From: Acidobacteriota bacterium
Lineage (GTDB): Bacteria; Acidobacteriota; UBA890; WLXD01
Length of the DNA: 64,000 bases
Assembly (NCBI GenBank): GCA_963666055.2
Contig: CAXWPH010000002.1
Coordinates: 128,001-192,000, forward strand
Reading direction: 5' to 3'
The notes beneath the pieces are model-generated. The model searched no databases, had not been told where the DNA came from, and saw nothing but the letters and a program-made list of their open reading frames with translations. A program made the translations under genes and the position numbers. This document shows, piece by piece, positions 20,235 through 29,226 of this stretch. The number at the start of each line of letters is the position of its first letter. Within the stretch, counting starts at the first letter, position 1.

Positions 20235-21011
20235 GTGGGCCCGTCGCCGACCGGGACGCTGCTGGTGGCGTTGTGCTGCAGCGCCAGCGCCACACAGGCG
20301 ACGCTGTCCATCGAGTACATCGCTCACGCCAGCTTCTTGATCGAGTCGCCGGGTGGCGCCCGCATCCTGGTGGATCCGTTCGCCAGCCGTGTGTGGATCG
20401 GCTACGACTTTCCCGAGGGCCTGCATCCCGACGCGGTCGTGATCACCCATCCGCACTATGATCACGATGCCGGGCGGTTCCGTGGCTCGCCGTTCCCGTG
20501 GCCTGAGGCGCGCATCTTCGACGCCCCCGGCGAGTTCATGGTCGACGACGTTCGCGTGATCGGGCTGCGCGGAAAGCACGCCGATCCGTACGGCGAGGAG
20601 TTCGGCCAGCGCAACACGATCTGGGTGATCGAGACGGCCGGTCTCCGAATCGCACACATCGGCGACAACGGCCCGCTGACACGCGACAACGTTCGCGATC
20701 TCGGCACCATCGACATTCTCATGTTGCCGATCGATGCCCAGTACCACATCCTGGCGCGCGAGGAGGCCGCCGCGCTCGTTACGGCGGTGCAACCACGGCA
20801 CCTGGTACCGATGCACTATCGGCTGCCGGAGCTGGAGCCGGACCCCGACTCGCCCGCTGACCTCGGCACCATCGACCCCTGGCTGCAGGGCCGCGCCGGA
20901 GTTGTGCGGCTCGGTTCCCACCGGTGGCAGGTGGGGCTCGACACGCTGCTCCCGGCCGGCAGCACGGTCGTCTTCGAGCCTTCGCCGCGGGTGGCGCGGC
21001 CAGCGCGCTAG
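20235..21011 (+). CDS. MBL-fold metallo-hydrolase (secreted)
   Basis: HASFLI, ITHPHYDHD, HIGD and VPMHY motifs, with a signal peptide. Confidence 0.88.
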   Translation: MGPSPTGTLLVALCCSASATQATLSIEYIAHASFLIESPGGARILVDPFASRVWIGYDFPEGLHPDAVVITHPHYDHDAGRFRGSPFPWPEARIFDAPGEFMVDDVRVIGLRGKHADPYGEEFGQRNTIWVIETAGLRIAHIGDNGPLTRDNVRDLGTIDILMLPIDAQYHILAREEAAALVTAVQPRHLVPMHYRLPELEPDPDSPADLGTIDPWLQGRAGVVRLGSHRWQVGLDTLLPAGSTVVFEPSPRVARPAR

Positions 21012-21094
21012 GGCATCGCCAGCGTCAGGCCGCCTTGCATCTAACCCCAGCTCGCCGAAACCAGGCCCGTCACACTTCCGCCACGGCCTGCTAG
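21008..21094. mobile_element. Truncated copy of the MITE (left arm, inverted)
   Basis: The reverse complement matches the first about 87 nt of the 17990 element and ends at its internal CTAG. Both ends are CTAG and overlap stop codons of convergent genes. Confidence 0.85.
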
Positions 21095-21822
21095 GGGTCG
21101 GAGTCGAACGGTGCTCCCAGTGCTGCCGCGAACGCGCGGATGCGGGCCGCGTTCGCTCCCAGATCACTGCGGCCGACGCGCGACGTCGAGCGTACGTCAA
21201 CTACCGACCCCGACGAGACCGGGCGGACGCGCACGACGAAATCCTCTACGAAGGCAAAAACACTCGATACCGCATAGGCCTCGATGTGGCCGTCGGCACG
21301 GTTACTGAAGGCAATGGTAAGGCCGATCTCCTCCGCTGCCCGAATGGCGGCCGCGTGAGCCGCGCCGGGGTCGAGGTCGAGCTCGATGGGTCGCAAGTCG
21401 GGATAAGCGCGTCGTTGCTCGACGATGACCTCGGCGCCGCCCTGCGGATAGGTCAAGTCGCGGCTCGCGTTATCGTCGTGGTCGAGGGCGACACGGTATG
21501 CGGGCGCATCGTCGGGTGACGTGGTGATGTCGTGAATCGGCGGCGCGTTCATCTGCAGGCGGGCGGCCACCAGCGCAATGATCAGCACTGTGCCGCCGAA
21601 GAGTCCGCGTCGGCCTGCCGCCGGCGACCGCGAATCCTTTCGTGCCCGGCGCCACGCCAGCAGGCCGAGGGCGATGCTGAGCAGGCCCCCCAGGGCCCAA
21701 GTCAGCACGAAGACTCCGAACCCGCTTAGCGGCCTGGCGGCGCCGACATGGATTGCTGCTACTGCGCCCCCCATGATGCCGACGGTAACGATGGGGGAGT
21801 ATGCTGCACTCCGCATCAACAT
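21091..21822 (-). CDS. DUF1499 domain membrane protein
   Basis: Three TMs followed by PPIHDITT, QRRAYPDL and VDVRSTSRVGRSDLGANAARIR. Confidence 0.9.
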   Translation of the reverse strand: MLMRSAAYSPIVTVGIMGGAVAAIHVGAARPLSGFGVFVLTWALGGLLSIALGLLAWRRARKDSRSPAAGRRGLFGGTVLIIALVAARLQMNAPPIHDITTSPDDAPAYRVALDHDDNASRDLTYPQGGAEVIVEQRRAYPDLRPIELDLDPGAAHAAAIRAAEEIGLTIAFSNRADGHIEAYAVSSVFAFVEDFVVRVRPVSSGSVVDVRSTSRVGRSDLGANAARIRAFAAALGAPFDSDP

Positions 21823-22030
21823 TCCTTGCTCCCGAAGTGCCGGCAGGTGCGCCGTAGATGAGTCCCAGAGACCTCATCGGCCTGCTCTCGAGCTCCTCTG
21901 AATCCGACTTCGACGAGACGGTCCGCCGGTACTGCCAGCCGGCTGTTGGGGTAGGCATCGTACAAGACCCTGTACCGGCGCAGGATGCGCACGTCCCTAC
22001 TAGGCTACTCGACTCAGGTAGACTCTCGTG

Positions 22031-22954
22031 ATGGCCGAAGATCGCAAGGAGCTCGTGGCGATCGTCGCGGCGAGGGAGGATGAGCTCGCGCCGCTGCGCG
22101 AGCGTGTGCTCGTTTCCGAGAAGATCAAAGATGGGCCCCGCTACTACCTACGGGGCACGCTGCGCGGAGTGCAGGTCGTGCTCGCGGTTACCGGCGACGG
22201 CAAGCGCAACGCCGATCTCGGAATCCGACGGTTGATCCAGATGTGCGCGCCGACGCGCGTCCTGGCTGTCGGGTTGGGAGGCGCGCTCTCGACAGACCTT
22301 GCGGTTGGCGACCTGGTGGTCTCCAGCGAAGTGATGGAGGGAGAACACACACTCGCCTGTCCGGATCTGCAGTGGCTGGAGGAAGCGTCGATTCATCTGG
22401 ATTATGACCTCGGGCGGCTGGTTACCGTCGACGAGATCTTGGCGACACCATCGAGCAAGTCGGAGTGGTACGGGCGGACATGGCGCGACCAGCCCGCTGC
22501 TGCCGACATGGAGTCCGCCTGCTTCGCCAGAGTGGCCGTAGCCTACAACCTGCCATACCTGATCGCGCGGGCTATCAGCGACGCTGCCGACGAGGTGCTA
22601 CCAGAGTTCCTCGAGGACTGCCGCGCGCAGGACGGCAGCATCGACAAGCGTCAGGTGTTTTGGAAGACGCTCTGGCGACCACGCTCGTGGGGCAACATCG
22701 TACGCTTGCGCTCGCGCATGCGGCGGTGCGCTAGCACGCTGGCCGATTTCGCCGAAGGGATTGGTTGCTGCGTTAGCCTAGCTGCGTTCCCCTCACTGGG
22801 CGCGTTGCCAGCGTCCGCCATTGACATGCCCCGAGGTGTCAAGGACACTCGGAACCCTATGCCCTCAGTGCGGTGCGCTGGTCTTGAACGCGGCGCGCCT
22901 GCCTCTTGTGCGTCGCCGTTGCCGGCGCCGATGCCGCGTTGCGAGTACGCATGA
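22031..22954 (+). CDS. Nucleoside phosphorylase/MTA-SAH nucleosidase fold protein (HpnG-like) with a suspicious C-terminal extension
   Basis: TGDGKRNA, GLGGALS..LAVGDLVV, AADMESA and RAISDAADEVLP motifs. The last about 60 aa look non-homologous. Confidence 0.75.
   Translation: MAEDRKELVAIVAAREDELAPLRERVLVSEKIKDGPRYYLRGTLRGVQVVLAVTGDGKRNADLGIRRLIQMCAPTRVLAVGLGGALSTDLAVGDLVVSSEVMEGEHTLACPDLQWLEEASIHLDYDLGRLVTVDEILATPSSKSEWYGRTWRDQPAAADMESACFARVAVAYNLPYLIARAISDAADEVLPEFLEDCRAQDGSIDKRQVFWKTLWRPRSWGNIVRLRSRMRRCASTLADFAEGIGCCVSLAAFPSLGALPASAIDMPRGVKDTRNPMPSVRCAGLERGAPASCASPLPAPMPRCEYA
22821..22849 (+). promoter_or_regulatory. Sigma70-like promoter with an overlapping palindrome, upstream of the mevalonate operon
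   Basis: TTGACA (22821-22826), a 17-bp spacer, then GACACT (22844-22849). TTGACA-N10-TGTCAA forms a palindrome. Confidence 0.5.
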
Positions 22955-23997
22955 GCAGTACCGACTCACCGGCCGCCAAGCCACCGGCCGAGCGCGACCG
23001 CAAAGCCGAGCACATCCAGCTGGCGCTCGAAGAGCGTATGCAGCACGGCAGTCGCGGCTTCGACGCTTGGCGGCTCGAGCATTGCGCCCTTCCCGAGCTC
23101 GACCTGGCCGAGGTCGACCTCAGCACCGAATTCCTCGGCAAGCAGCTGGCGGCGCCGCTCCTTATCTCCTGCATGACCGGTGGCACCGCTGACGCGGCCC
23201 GAATCAACCGCAACTTGGCCATCGGCGCCGAGCGGGCCGGTGTTGCGGTTGGCGTGGGGTCGCAGCGCAAGGCGCTGGAGGATCCTACGCTCCAAGCCAC
23301 CTTCCAGGTTCGTGAGTACGCTCCCACGGTCCCCCTGCTGGCCAATCTAGGGGCGGTGCAATTGAACTGCGGGTACGGCGTCGCCGAGTGCCGGGCGGCC
23401 GTTCATATGATCGATGCCGACGCTCTCGTGTTGCACCTGAACCCTCTGCAGGAGGCGATTCAGCCCGAGGGCGATGTCAACTTCGCCAACCTGTTGCCGA
23501 AGATCGGCGCGATTGTTGGTCAACTCGAGGTACCGGTCATCGTCAAGGAGATCGGCATGGGCATATCGCTGTCGGTGGCCGAGCGCCTCGCTGAAGCCGG
23601 CGTCCGTATCATCGACACTGCGGGGCATGGGGGCACCAACTGGGCGCGCATCGAAGCGCAGCGTGCCGACGACCTCGAGCTCGGTGCGACGTTCGCCGAG
23701 TGGGGAATTCCAACGCCCGACAGCATCCGCGCCGTCGCCAGCGTGCCGGGAGTCACCGTCATTGGCAGCGGCGGGGTCCGTACTGGAATCGACGTGGCCA
23801 AGGCGGTAGCGCTCGGCGCTGACATGGTCGGCCTGGCGTATCCGTTCCTCAAAGCGGCGCTGGAGTCAGCCGCTGCCGTCGTGGCGCGGATCGACCGTAC
23901 CTTGACGGAGCTCAGGGTGTCGATGTTCTGCGCCGGCATCCGTACAGTGGCCGATCTGCGTGCCGCAAGTCTGATCGAGCGAGCGACTCGGCGATGA
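22951..23997 (+). CDS. fni: Type 2 isopentenyl-diphosphate delta-isomerase (FMN)
   Basis: RKAEHI, APLLISCMTGG, GVGSQR, HLNPLQEAIQPEGD, GGTNW and EWGIPT motifs. Confidence 0.96.
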   Translation: MSSTDSPAAKPPAERDRKAEHIQLALEERMQHGSRGFDAWRLEHCALPELDLAEVDLSTEFLGKQLAAPLLISCMTGGTADAARINRNLAIGAERAGVAVGVGSQRKALEDPTLQATFQVREYAPTVPLLANLGAVQLNCGYGVAECRAAVHMIDADALVLHLNPLQEAIQPEGDVNFANLLPKIGAIVGQLEVPVIVKEIGMGISLSVAERLAEAGVRIIDTAGHGGTNWARIEAQRADDLELGATFAEWGIPTPDSIRAVASVPGVTVIGSGGVRTGIDVAKAVALGADMVGLAYPFLKAALESAAAVVARIDRTLTELRVSMFCAGIRTVADLRAASLIERATRR

Positions 23998-25247
23998 CTG
24001 ACGCTGCCGAGCCGGTCGACCAGGGCACCCTCGTAGACGAGATCGTAGCCGGCACCCGGCGCTTCCATCACCTGCCGTCCGAGCTCGGCGCCGCTGAGGC
24101 TGCGGCCATTCGACGACAGGCGCTCGAGCGCCTGGCCGGAGTAAATCTGACACATACCGGCAAGTACTCATTCGACGCCGCGCGCGCCGCCGACAGCCAT
24201 TGCGAGAATCTGATCGGTGTGACGCAGGTGCCGGTCGGTGTAGCAGGGCCACTACTCGTGCGGGGTGATTATATCGACGGTGAGGTCTACGTCCCTCTGG
24301 CTACGACGGAGGGAGCGCTCGTCGCCAGCATTAACCGGGGCTGTGCGGCCATCCGCGCGGCCGGCGGGGCCGCCGTGTACGTGGAGGACGTCGGCATGAC
24401 CCGGGCGCCGGTGTTTCGCTCCAGCGGGCTGGCGCAGACACGTGAGTTCCTCCGCTGGGTTACCGACAACGAGGATGAGATCCGCTCCGTGGCAGAGGGC
24501 ACGAGCCGCTTCCTGCAGCTGGTGGATATCCGCCCCTATGCTTTCGGTACCACGATCTTCCTGCGCTTCAGGTTTCGCTCGGGCGATGCCATGGGAATGA
24601 ACATGGCAACCATCGCCTGCGATCAGCTAGTGCGCGAGTTGATCGAGCCGGCGACCGGGGTACCCTGCGTTGCTCTTTCCGGAAACTACTGTACCGACAA
24701 GAAACCCGCGGCGATCAACTTCCAGGAAGGCCGCGGCAAGCGCATACACGCGCAGGTCAGACTCGACGCCGATGTGCTGGCGCGCCTGAAGACGAGCGCG
24801 GCCGAGCTGCTCGAGGTGCAGTATCGCAAGAACCTGCTGGGCTCGATTGCTGCCGGTTCGATAGGTTTCAATGCCCACGTCGCCAACGTTCTCGCGGCGG
24901 TGTTTCTCGCTACTGGACAGGATCCGGCGCATGTAGTGGAAGGGTCGATGGGAATCACCTCTATCGAGCCTGGCGACGAGGGTGGCGTGGTGGCATCGAT
25001 GTACCTGCCTGCTGTTCCGCTGGCGGCGATCGGCGGTGGTACTGCGCTCGACACACAACGCGAGGCGCTTGCTGTGCTCGGCGTTGCTGCAGAGCCGGAC
25101 CGGCCTGGTGTCGCGGTGCTGCGATTAGCCGAGATCCTCGGCGCCGCCGTCCTCGCAGGCGAGCTGTCGTTGCTGGCCGCTCTTACCTCTCAGGACCTCG
25201 CCGGCGCCCACAAGCGGCTGGGGCGGCGCGCCCGGCCCGGCAGCTAG
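23994..25247 (+). CDS. hmgA: Class I (archaeal-like, NADPH) HMG-CoA reductase
   Basis: ENLIG, PLATTEGALVASINRG, MTRAPVF, GDAMGMNM, SGNYCTDKKP, ATGQDPAHVVE and a C-terminal catalytic His (AHKRLGR). Confidence 0.96.
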   Translation: MTDAAEPVDQGTLVDEIVAGTRRFHHLPSELGAAEAAAIRRQALERLAGVNLTHTGKYSFDAARAADSHCENLIGVTQVPVGVAGPLLVRGDYIDGEVYVPLATTEGALVASINRGCAAIRAAGGAAVYVEDVGMTRAPVFRSSGLAQTREFLRWVTDNEDEIRSVAEGTSRFLQLVDIRPYAFGTTIFLRFRFRSGDAMGMNMATIACDQLVRELIEPATGVPCVALSGNYCTDKKPAAINFQEGRGKRIHAQVRLDADVLARLKTSAAELLEVQYRKNLLGSIAAGSIGFNAHVANVLAAVFLATGQDPAHVVEGSMGITSIEPGDEGGVVASMYLPAVPLAAIGGGTALDTQREALAVLGVAAEPDRPGVAVLRLAEILGAAVLAGELSLLAALTSQDLAGAHKRLGRRARPGS

Positions 25248-25258
25248 ACGGTCGCCTG

Positions 25259-26377
25259 ATGGAAGCGGCGCGGTTGCCCGAAGGGCGCTTGCTGACGCGC
25301 GTCTCGACGCCTGGAAAGCTCATCCTCATGGGCGAACATGCGGTCGTCTACGGTCGGCCGGCGCTGGTGGCGGCCACTAGCCTGCGCCTACGGGTCTACC
25401 TATACCGCGCACAGCGGGCCGGCGTGGAAGTGGAGTTGCCGGAGCTCCAGTTCCAAAACCACGTTTCTTGGCAAGAGATCTGGCGCTATGCGAGCCGAAT
25501 GCGGCAGCGGTGGGACCGCTACGACACGAGCCTGACGCCGGAGGTGTTCGCTCGCCTTCAGGACGACCGCCCCGACCGGTTGGTGCTGCTGGCACTGGGC
25601 GAGGCAATCACGGCGCTCGGTGAGGATCCCGGCGCGAAGGACCATCCGCTGAGCGCGCTGCGGCTTCGGGTGGACTCGGCGGTCCCAATGGAGGTCGGCT
25701 TTGGGAGCTCCGCCGCCACCGCCGTGGCAGTGGTAACAGCGGTTTGTGCGCTCTCTGGTAAGGCGGAGAGGTGGTCACTGATTGGGCCGATCGTGGGCGA
25801 GGTGGAGCGCCGGCAGCATGGCGCGCCGTCTGGGGTGGATGTCGCGGCCGTGTTTCACGGCGGTGTGTTGCGCGCTCGCCGCGGCGGCGAAGAGCTATTG
25901 ATCGAGCCGCTGGCGGCGCGCCCTGACACCCTGCAGCGGCTGCGGGTGTTCGACACGGGTCGCTCGGCCGAGCCGACCGGCGCGGTGGTCGCGGCAGTAC
26001 GGGCGCAACACGACCGCCACCCAGCCAGCTTCGAGGCGTCGCTGGACGCTGCCGAATCCGCAACCCGGGCCTTCCAGGACGCGGTTACCGCATCAGCTGA
26101 CCAGATCGACCTGGTGCCACCGATCCGCGATGCTCAGCGCTACCTGGAGTCTCTCGGTGTGGTGCCCGAGCCAGTATGCGACGCCGTCCGCGCTGTCGAA
26201 GCTCTGGGCGGCGCCGCCAAGATCTCCGGTTCGGGTTCGCTCGCGGGGCCAGGGGCCGGCTCTTTGTTGGTATTGTTGCCTGCTGGGATCGAGAATCTCC
26301 CAGAGCCGCTGGCGAGGCTTCCGGAGCACGAAGTGTCGCTGGGCGCGGAGGGTGTGCGCGTAGAGGTGGCGTCATGA
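25259..26377 (+). CDS. mvk: Mevalonate kinase
   Basis: PGKLILMGEHAVVYG, GHMP loop PMEVGFGSSAA, HGAPSGVD and AKISGSG. Confidence 0.92.
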   Translation: MEAARLPEGRLLTRVSTPGKLILMGEHAVVYGRPALVAATSLRLRVYLYRAQRAGVEVELPELQFQNHVSWQEIWRYASRMRQRWDRYDTSLTPEVFARLQDDRPDRLVLLALGEAITALGEDPGAKDHPLSALRLRVDSAVPMEVGFGSSAATAVAVVTAVCALSGKAERWSLIGPIVGEVERRQHGAPSGVDVAAVFHGGVLRARRGGEELLIEPLAARPDTLQRLRVFDTGRSAEPTGAVVAAVRAQHDRHPASFEASLDAAESATRAFQDAVTASADQIDLVPPIRDAQRYLESLGVVPEPVCDAVRAVEALGGAAKISGSGSLAGPGAGSLLVLLPAGIENLPEPLARLPEHEVSLGAEGVRVEVAS

Positions 26378-27399
26378 GCCGCAGCGCCACCGTCGAAGCA
26401 CCCTCCAATATCGCGTTTGTGAAGTACTGGGGTGCCGCTGACCTGGAGAAGGCCATCCCGCTCAACGCTTCGATCTCGATGTCGTTGCGGGCGTGCGTCA
26501 CACGGACGAGCGTCGAGACGCTCGCGGCCGGCGCCGACGACCAGATCTGGATGCGCGTCGACGGCCAATGGCGTCGCGCCGAAGGAGCGTTCCGGCATCG
26601 CGCAGCGGCACATCTGGAAGGTCTGCGGCGTTGGGCCAAAGTCGACGTGGGCTTTCGGGTCGCTACCGAGAACAGCTTTCCTGCCGCCGCCGGTATCGCC
26701 TCGTCGGCTTCCGGCTTCGCCGCCCTCACCCTGGCGGTGCTGGCGGCGCTCGAGCGGGAGCCGGCAGGTGATGAGCTATCGAATTTGGCGCGGTTGTCTG
26801 GCTCAGGCTCCGCGTCGCGGTCGGTTTTCGGCGGCTACGTGCAGTGGCCGCACGGCGACGAGGCAGACCCGTGGCGCGCCGCACCGCTGGCGACGGCCTC
26901 GCATTGGGACCTGCGCGACGTAATCGCGATTGTGCAAACCGGTCCCAAGGCGGTGTCGTCTCTCGAGGGGCACGCCCGGGCCCCCACCAGCCCCCATTTC
27001 GCACGCCGGCAGGAGCTCATCCCGTCGCGTCTTCAACGGGTGCGCGACGCCATCGAGGCGCGCGACCTGGACCAACTCGGTCCGGTCGTCGAGGAAGACG
27101 CGATTGAGCTCCACCTGGTAGCGATGTCCTCGCAGCCTCCGATCTTCTACTGGCAGCCGGCGACGCTTCGCGTGCTGCACCACGTTCGCACCCTGCGGAG
27201 CGGTGGAACGTCGGCGTGGGCAACAATGGACGCCGGAGCTAACGTGCATGTGATTTGCTCCGCCGACGACGAGGCAGACGTCGCCGCCGGGTTGGAAGCG
27301 CTCGATGGTGTCCAGAGTGTGATCCGCGACGGCGTGGGCTCGGGACCACGGACCCTGCCGGTATCGCTGCTCGATGCTCTGGATCGAGCGCAGCCATGA
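26374..27399 (+). CDS. mvaD: MVD-family decarboxylase (probably phosphomevalonate decarboxylase)
   Basis: NIAFVKYWG, NSFPAAAGIASSASGFAAL, GSGSASRS and TMDAGANVHVI motifs. ATGA overlap with mvk. Confidence 0.93.
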   Translation: MSRSATVEAPSNIAFVKYWGAADLEKAIPLNASISMSLRACVTRTSVETLAAGADDQIWMRVDGQWRRAEGAFRHRAAAHLEGLRRWAKVDVGFRVATENSFPAAAGIASSASGFAALTLAVLAALEREPAGDELSNLARLSGSGSASRSVFGGYVQWPHGDEADPWRAAPLATASHWDLRDVIAIVQTGPKAVSSLEGHARAPTSPHFARRQELIPSRLQRVRDAIEARDLDQLGPVVEEDAIELHLVAMSSQPPIFYWQPATLRVLHHVRTLRSGGTSAWATMDAGANVHVICSADDEADVAAGLEALDGVQSVIRDGVGSGPRTLPVSLLDALDRAQP

Positions 27400-28196
27400 A
27401 CGACCTGGTGGTAGTCAAGCTCGGTGGCAGCTTGATCACGAACAAGCGCCGCCATCGAACGGTGAGGCGGGCTGAGCTTTCGCGACTCGCCGGCGAGATC
27501 GCGGCGCTCACCCGCCGCTTTGGATTCCCGATGCTGTTAGGGCACGGTAGTGGGTCCTTTGGGCACGTGGCGGCAGCGGAGTCAGGCGTTCACGACGGGA
27601 TGGCCGGGCGTCGTGCGCGGGTCGGTGTGTCGCAGACGCAGGCTGCAGCTGCAGAGCTGCACGCGATCGTGATGAGCGCTCTGCGCGATGCCGGTGTGGC
27701 TGCCTACTCGGTGGCGCCGTCGAGCGCTATTGTCGCCAGAGGCCCCGGTCTTCGGCCGAGCGTGCACCTGGAGCCGGTGCTCCGAGCGCTCGACAGTGGG
27801 CTGCTACCCGTTACGTATGGCGACATCGTCATGGACCGGCAACGTGGCTGCTCGATTTGCTCGACCGAAATGGCGCTGCTGGCGTTCGTTCGCTCGCTAC
27901 GCTCGTCAAATCGGCGTGTCTCCGACGCCATCTGGCTCGGAGACACCGACGGCATTCTGGATGCGGCTGGGGTGAGCGTTACTCGCGTCCGCTTGCGAGA
28001 CGCCAGGCGCGTCCGCCGCCTGGTGAGTGGCGCGGCCGCGACCGACGTGACCGGCGGCATGCGCCATCGGTTCGAGGCGGCGTTGGCGCTGGCCCGCATT
28101 GGCGTACGGTCCTATCTGCTCGATGGCCGTCGACCGGGCATCCTGCGACGTGCGCTGCGGGGCACCGCGGTGCCGGGGACAATCGTCGAGCGTTGA
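27396..28196 (+). CDS. ipk: Isopentenyl phosphate kinase
   Basis: VVKLGGSLITNK, HGSGSFGH (IPK signature His), PVTYGD, ICSTE and DVTGGM motifs. Confidence 0.92.
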   Translation: MNDLVVVKLGGSLITNKRRHRTVRRAELSRLAGEIAALTRRFGFPMLLGHGSGSFGHVAAAESGVHDGMAGRRARVGVSQTQAAAAELHAIVMSALRDAGVAAYSVAPSSAIVARGPGLRPSVHLEPVLRALDSGLLPVTYGDIVMDRQRGCSICSTEMALLAFVRSLRSSNRRVSDAIWLGDTDGILDAAGVSVTRVRLRDARRVRRLVSGAAATDVTGGMRHRFEAALALARIGVRSYLLDGRRPGILRRALRGTAVPGTIVER

Positions 28197-28276
28197 CCGG
28201 CGGCGGCTTCGTTGCCTGGGCCGCGCCCCCGCCAGGGTGGATAATGGACCTCGGCCAGCCAAAGCCAGGCGCACGC

Positions 28277-29197
28277 ATGGACCGCATCGAAGACCTTCTC
28301 GAGAAGACCAGCCGCACGTTCGCGCTATCGATCCCGTTGCTGCCGGAGCCGACCCGCCGCGAGCTTGGCATCGCCTACCTGCTGTTCCGCATTGCGGACA
28401 CCTTCGAGGACGCGTCGCAATGGGACCGACAGCAGCGCATCGATGCCCTCGAAGAGTTCATGAGCCTGGTTCGAGATCCGGACGAGCAGCGCGCCGCCGA
28501 GCTGGGACGTAGGTGGGCCGCCTCCGTACCGATTGACCATCCCGGCTATCTCGAGCTACTCGGCGAATCCGCAACCGTGATCCGGGAATACCAGCGTCTG
28601 CGACCTGACGCACGGGAGATCATCCGTGAGCACACGTTGCGGACCGTTGCTGGCATGTCCGGATTCGTCAAGCGCTCTGTCGATGGCGTGCTCAAGCTCG
28701 AGTCTCTCGCTGACTTGCGCGAGTACTGTTACGTGGTTGCCGGTATCGTCGGTGAGCTCAGCACTGATCTGTTCCTCCTCGAGCGCCCCCAGCTGGCGTC
28801 GTCGATCGAGTTCTTGCGACAGCGCGCTGCGCGGTTTGGCGAGGCGCTGCAACTGGTCAACATCCTCAAGGATGCCGCCACCGACCGGCGTGAGGGTCGG
28901 CGTTACCTGCCTGCAGCGTTGAAGCGCAAGGAGATCTTCCGGTTGGCCCGCGAAGACCTCCGAGTAGCAGCCCATTACACCAACGCACTGCAGGCGGCGG
29001 GTGCGCCGCGCGGCATCGTCGCGTTCTGCGCGCTACCTACACGGCTGGCCGTCGTCGCCCTCGACATCGTCGAGCGGTGCGGGCCCGGCGCGAAGATCTC
29101 ACGCCAAGACGTTGCCGACATCGTCGAGGCCCTGAACCTAGATCTCGACGTCGGTGCTCCCGCGGTGGCGATTCCAGCAACCGCGAAACCGACGTGA
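28277..29197 (+). CDS. Squalene/phytoene synthase family, single-enzyme squalene synthase type
   Basis: TSRTFALSI, YLLFRIADTFED, YCYVVAGIVG and LQLVNILKD...D..EGR.YLP motifs. Confidence 0.9.
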   Translation: MDRIEDLLEKTSRTFALSIPLLPEPTRRELGIAYLLFRIADTFEDASQWDRQQRIDALEEFMSLVRDPDEQRAAELGRRWAASVPIDHPGYLELLGESATVIREYQRLRPDAREIIREHTLRTVAGMSGFVKRSVDGVLKLESLADLREYCYVVAGIVGELSTDLFLLERPQLASSIEFLRQRAARFGEALQLVNILKDAATDRREGRRYLPAALKRKEIFRLAREDLRVAAHYTNALQAAGAPRGIVAFCALPTRLAVVALDIVERCGPGAKISRQDVADIVEALNLDLDVGAPAVAIPATAKPT

Positions 29198-29226
29198 CCA
29201 AGCCGGTGTCCGGCGCTGCTCCGAGA

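Noticed and set aside
17990-21094. Repeats as a CRISPR array
   Set aside because: They are dispersed inverted-repeat element ends, not regularly spaced direct repeats, and no cas genes are present.
19800-21200. Long antisense and alternative-frame ORFs (for example 19800-21200, 3379-4509, 50742-51713, 51346-52410)
   Set aside because: They are shadow ORFs of high-GC genes with Arg/Pro/Ala-rich composition and no motifs.
21818-21995. Small minus-strand ORF (about 58 aa, containing YDAYPNSRLA)
   Set aside because: It is too short and has no recognisable family. It may be a gene remnant but cannot be supported.
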